This document shows, piece by piece, positions 42,008 to 45,117 of a stretch of DNA of 45,117 nt. Within the stretch, counting starts at the first letter, position 1; each line of letters starts with the position of its first letter. Source of the stretch: Bacteriovoracaceae bacterium (lineage in GTDB: Bacteria > Bdellovibrionota > UBA2394); contig JAQBPA010000073.1 in assembly GCA_028287765.1 (NCBI GenBank), positions 1 to 45,117 of the forward strand, read 5' to 3'. The notes below the pieces were generated by a model that was given only the letters and a program-made list of their open reading frames with translations, searched no databases and was not told where the DNA came from. The translations under genes were made by a program, and so were the position numbers.

Positions 42008-42014
42008 TCCAAAA

Positions 42015-42392
42015 TTATGCCGAGTAGCTTTTTTTTCCAGGAACTACGGCACGAACTCCTCCGCGAGGACTTGGGTCGTCGCCTTTTCGTCTTGGAATCA
42101 AATGAATATGTGAATGCAAAATCGTCTGCCCCGCGTCTTCGCCACAGTTCGCACCAATATTAAATCCCGTCACGCGAGGATCATCCTTCAAAATTTTATC
42201 CTTAAAAAATCTGAGAAGTTCATTCGTCTCTTTTAGTTCTTCAGATGTCAGTTGAAAGAAATCAACTCGATGCGCCTTTGGAATAATAAGAAGATGGCCT
42301 TCGGTAACCGGATATCGATCTTTAATGGCAAAAACTCGCTCAGTGGATTTTACAATATTTTCTTTAGGAATTTCACAAAAGAGACACGACAT
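42015..42392 (-). CDS. HIT (histidine triad) family nucleotide hydrolase/transferase
   Basis: Histidine triad HSHIHLIPR. N-terminal CLFCEI, with a zinc-site-like Cys. Confidence 0.9.
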   Translation of the reverse strand: MSCLFCEIPKENIVKSTERVFAIKDRYPVTEGHLLIIPKAHRVDFFQLTSEELKETNELLRFFKDKILKDDPRVTGFNIGANCGEDAGQTILHSHIHLIPRRKGDDPSPRGGVRAVVPGKKSYSA

Positions 42393-42398
42393 ATTAAT

Positions 42399-42953
42399 TC
42401 ACTGTTCTTCGCAGTGGTTCTGCTCTTGAGATTGAACATCAAATTTAATTTTTATTTTTTGAAGGAGCTTTTCTTCGACCGCCGCGAGACTTTGCAGTTC
42501 GCTGTTCAGAAAATAAACGGCTTTAGATGCGGCTAGTTTTTTAGACTGCTTTTTTGCCTTTTTTTGTAACTGTTCCAGTTCTCTAGAAAATTCTCTCAGA
42601 TCAGCGCTTATTCCTGTTCCTGCGAAAGCAAGAAATACTTTATCTAAAAAGAGTTGATCGATTTCAGATTTTTGAACTTTCAAACCTTTTTCCGGAAGGC
42701 CGAGCGCGAGGTGCTTACCACTCGATAAAATTAAATCCTCTTGTCCAATAGCATAACGGATTACCTTTTGAAGCCACTGAGTTTTTCGCTCACTCAGTAA
42801 CACAGTTGTTGAATCGGAATAATAAACTCTCTCCACACAGTTTTTCTGATCCCGGCCTTCAGCAACAATCACAGCGGCTTCGGGAAGTTCAAAATCAGCG
42901 GCTTCTGCTGAACTACAAAATAAAAGAGATCCTATCATTACCCATCGGAGCAT
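42399..42953 (-). CDS. hypothetical secreted protein
   Basis: Signal peptide MLRWVMIGSLLFCSSAEA. Lys-rich coiled-coil-like C-terminal half. No family recognised. Confidence 0.55.
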   Translation of the reverse strand: MLRWVMIGSLLFCSSAEAADFELPEAAVIVAEGRDQKNCVERVYYSDSTTVLLSERKTQWLQKVIRYAIGQEDLILSSGKHLALGLPEKGLKVQKSEIDQLFLDKVFLAFAGTGISADLREFSRELEQLQKKAKKQSKKLAASKAVYFLNSELQSLAAVEEKLLQKIKIKFDVQSQEQNHCEEQ

Positions 42954-42991
42954 GCTTCTTAGAATATCAGGGTTAAAGAATTTGAAAAATA

Positions 42992-43723
42992 TTAATTCGC
43001 CTGAAGATCCGTGCGGATGTGTCGATTGTAGAGTTCTTCTCTCAGTTGCGGCTCCAGGTCAGGAAATTTGGTTACGAATTGTCGTACAAGAGAATATCTG
43101 ACGCCAGGATCGGCGTGCACCATGACGCCATCTAAAGTGAGGTTAAAAGCATCGGACGGATTTTGTGCGGTCTTGAGTGCAACTTCATGCGCTAAGACCG
43201 GAAGAAAATAAGCGAAACTTGACGACTGCGCACCGTCCGCAACTTCATCCGTCTTTCCTTGCAGGAGTTCATTCATTGCAATTTCATGAACTTCGTCAGC
43301 GCCCCTCTCATCTAAATTTAAATCTGACGCTGAGTGAAGAAGAAGAGTTCTCGCAGGAGCCGATTCAGGACCGGCAGGAAGTTCTGCGAGTTCCTGCTGA
43401 ATTTTTCCAAGTTGAACGGTATCTTTTTGTTGAACTTTTTGAGCTTCTACTGACGGATCGCTATATTCGACAACGGGAGGTGACTCGTTTCGAATCGGCT
43501 CTCTCAGATTTTCTGGCTGCTTAATTTCTTTCGCGGCAACTTCTCGTTTTTCTTCAACAACGACGACGGTCGTCGGGCTAAACGAAGGATCAAATAAAGC
43601 CTCATACGGATCCTGAGCGGAGGGCGGAGAAATAGTGGGCGTCGAAAAGAGTTGAAAGCCTAAATAGCTAATGAGGGACGCCATCGACGTGATGACCAGC
43701 ATCGCCCACAAAGTCTTGCCCAT
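42992..43723 (-). CDS. hypothetical membrane-anchored protein with Pro/Glu-rich linker
   Basis: N-terminal TM helix TLWAMLVITSMASLISYLGF followed by a low-complexity linker. No family recognised. Confidence 0.55.
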   Translation of the reverse strand: MGKTLWAMLVITSMASLISYLGFQLFSTPTISPPSAQDPYEALFDPSFSPTTVVVVEEKREVAAKEIKQPENLREPIRNESPPVVEYSDPSVEAQKVQQKDTVQLGKIQQELAELPAGPESAPARTLLLHSASDLNLDERGADEVHEIAMNELLQGKTDEVADGAQSSSFAYFLPVLAHEVALKTAQNPSDAFNLTLDGVMVHADPGVRYSLVRQFVTKFPDLEPQLREELYNRHIRTDLQAN

Positions 43724-43782
43724 ATTTCATTTTATCACCTAAAAATGCAAGGTGGCGGGGCGTCAAAAAAGTGGAGTATTTC

Positions 43783-44379
43783 TCAGTATTTCGAGGAGAG
43801 TTTAACCTCTCGGGAGCTCTTAAAAAAGGCCCGAAACTTGCTACGACTTTGTTCAAAATTGAGCCCTTCTTCGAGGACAGATCTACAAAAATTGCGGGCG
43901 ATTTGATGAGCATCATAATAGCGTTGTTCGTCTTCGGGCTTCACCCACTCGCCTAGTTTGCAATTTTGAAAAAGCACTTCAAAAACTTTTTCCTTTAAAC
44001 TCTCTTCGTTTCGTTGATGTAAAAAATCTAAGGCCACTCCAAACTTATCTACTTCGCCCTGCACTTCGAGTTCGACTTCCGAAATTTCTCGATCTTGGGC
44101 CGCCGATAGACAGTAGGTGTTAAAGTGACTGAGTTCCTCGATCACCACACTTAAATCTGGAAGTAATTGAAGCTGAAAATCCGCGGGAAAATTTTTATCT
44201 GAAAAACTCGTCAGCAAACTCTCTCTTAAACAGACGAGAAGTTCTGCATCGGTCTCGCCTTCTTTGATAATCAATTGATCGGTACTTTTTGAAGGAACCA
44301 AAAAATCTGCAATCGAAAACGGGAGCTCATAGCCATTCACAGCTCCTAAAGACTGCTGAACTTGGTCTAAAAACTTCAT
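43783..44379 (-). CDS. hypothetical acidic cytoplasmic protein
   Basis: 198-aa ORF, 9 nt downstream of the preceding ORF on the same strand. No family recognised. Confidence 0.5.
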   Translation of the reverse strand: MKFLDQVQQSLGAVNGYELPFSIADFLVPSKSTDQLIIKEGETDAELLVCLRESLLTSFSDKNFPADFQLQLLPDLSVVIEELSHFNTYCLSAAQDREISEVELEVQGEVDKFGVALDFLHQRNEESLKEKVFEVLFQNCKLGEWVKPEDEQRYYDAHQIARNFCRSVLEEGLNFEQSRSKFRAFFKSSREVKLSSKY

Positions 44380-44388
44380 TGTAGTTTT

Positions 44389-44976
44389 CTAATCAAAGCT
44401 TTCGGTTTTTTTTCGTGGAAGCGGGATCACGCCCTGTTTTTTTAGCTGCTCCAAAATATGCTGGGATCCTGAATTGGTGTAAAACTCCATCAGCTTGGTG
44501 ACGGAGTAATTTTTTGCATGGAGCTGTTCAGAAATTTCATTTAAGAGCGAACTTAATTTGATGAACCGTTCACTCAGTTCATCGAAAACATTCAGCTCGG
44601 TCGTAATCGAACTGAGATGGTGATAAGCAATTTCTCCCATTTGTTGGTAATAACTTAAATCAATCGAACGCTTGGAAAGAGCTTCCGGATAAAATCCAGA
44701 AACCATCAGCGACGTATCGCCCATTTGTCTCAGAATCGTAATTCGTCTTCGATGATCAGCATCCATCGCTTCAAGAAGCATATCTGCAAGAACGGGAATA
44801 CGAACTCCGTCTTGAGCAAAAAGTTTTGCACTGTCCTGAAATGCAACGAGAAGATCGGTTACGTACTGAGTTGCGGTGGGCGAAATTTTAACACGATGCT
44901 GCTCCGCAGCTTCAACAAGCAATGAGTTAAAAAACTGATGTAAGTTTCCTTCAACAATGCCGCCCTGATGAGTCAA
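44389..44976 (-). CDS. hypothetical cytoplasmic protein
   Basis: 195-aa ORF. TTG start preceded by the strong Shine-Dalgarno AGGAGGTG (10-nt spacing) and a promoter-like element. No family recognised. Confidence 0.55.
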   Translation of the reverse strand: MTHQGGIVEGNLHQFFNSLLVEAAEQHRVKISPTATQYVTDLLVAFQDSAKLFAQDGVRIPVLADMLLEAMDADHRRRITILRQMGDTSLMVSGFYPEALSKRSIDLSYYQQMGEIAYHHLSSITTELNVFDELSERFIKLSSLLNEISEQLHAKNYSVTKLMEFYTNSGSQHILEQLKKQGVIPLPRKKTESFD

Positions 44977-45003
44977 AATTTGTACTCACCTCCTACATCT
45001 CTC

Positions 45004-45033
45004 ATTATACCAGATCTTCATGGCGCTGAATAA
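45004..45033 (-). promoter_or_regulatory. sigma-70-type promoter with extended -10 (TGgTATAAT) and -35-like TTATTC
   Basis: On the minus strand: TTATTC, an 18-nt spacer, then TGGTATAAT. The -10 hexamer ends 27 nt upstream of the TTG start of 44389..44976 and 9 nt upstream of its Shine-Dalgarno. Confidence 0.4.
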
Positions 45034-45117
45034 CCAGCACCTGCGGCCTAAAGCACAGATAAGACGCGCCTTTGCGCGATGCGTGAAAGGGGGTCAGGCC
45101 TCGAAGGTCTTTATAAG

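Noticed and set aside
45065-45078. A short GC hairpin CGCGC-cttt-GCGCG near the window edge.
   Set aside because: The stem is only 5 bp, the context is cut off by the window end, and it cannot be interpreted.
1-45117. Whole-window scan for tRNA/rRNA genes, prophage or defence-island hallmarks (integrase, transposase, restriction-modification, toxin-antitoxin, cas).
   Set aside because: None were recognised in any of the listed ORFs or in the intergenic regions. The window reads as core chromosome with a few lineage-specific operons.

Overview
This 45.1-kb window is densely coding chromosomal DNA. Gene content and order suggest a Bdellovibrionota or other delta-proteobacteria-like (predatory-lineage) bacterium; that is an inference. 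I support about 40 CDSs. I saw no rRNA, tRNA, CRISPR array, transposase, integrase or phage genes.

Left third, minus strand: a complete type IV pilus core cluster in the Myxococcus/Geobacter order, pilB-pilT-pilC-pilS-pilR-pilA. An STT3/AglB-like GT-C membrane glycosyltransferase sits directly downstream of pilA.

Middle: ribF, a Hanks Ser/Thr kinase, a secreted GH15 enzyme, a protein with a C-terminal J-domain, and a 1692-aa lipoprotein. The lipoprotein has a near-identical internal tandem duplication, a Pro9 linker and three CxxCH motifs. A 411-nt intergenic region follows, with a 12-mer x3 repeat, a perfect palindrome and a ~183-nt long hairpin that is 6S-RNA-like or MITE-like. Next come a eukaryote-like GT21 (ceramide glucosyltransferase-type) gene and a PHP phosphoesterase.

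Two loci look most interesting:
1. 25782-27860: an exported six-Cys peptide, an MNIO (DUF692) enzyme and a DUF2063 partner, which is a bufferin-like periplasmic RiPP cluster.
2. 37006-41918: an operon of a TIGR02147-like regulator, a FliD-like protein and two truncated flagellin-like paralogs. All three structural proteins carry Sec signal peptides and cysteines, and no flagellar context is present.

The remainder is YceI, an EEP nuclease/phosphatase, a SWIB-domain protein with a histone-H1-like tail, an RluA-family pseudouridine synthase, an amicyanin-like cupredoxin protein, a 2Fe-2S ferredoxin, an acyl-CoA thioesterase, a zinc-ribbon/TPR protein, nagZ, a C26 amidotransferase-like hydrolase, a HIT protein and four unknowns.

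All calls come from reading the translated ORFs and the DNA by eye. No searches were run.
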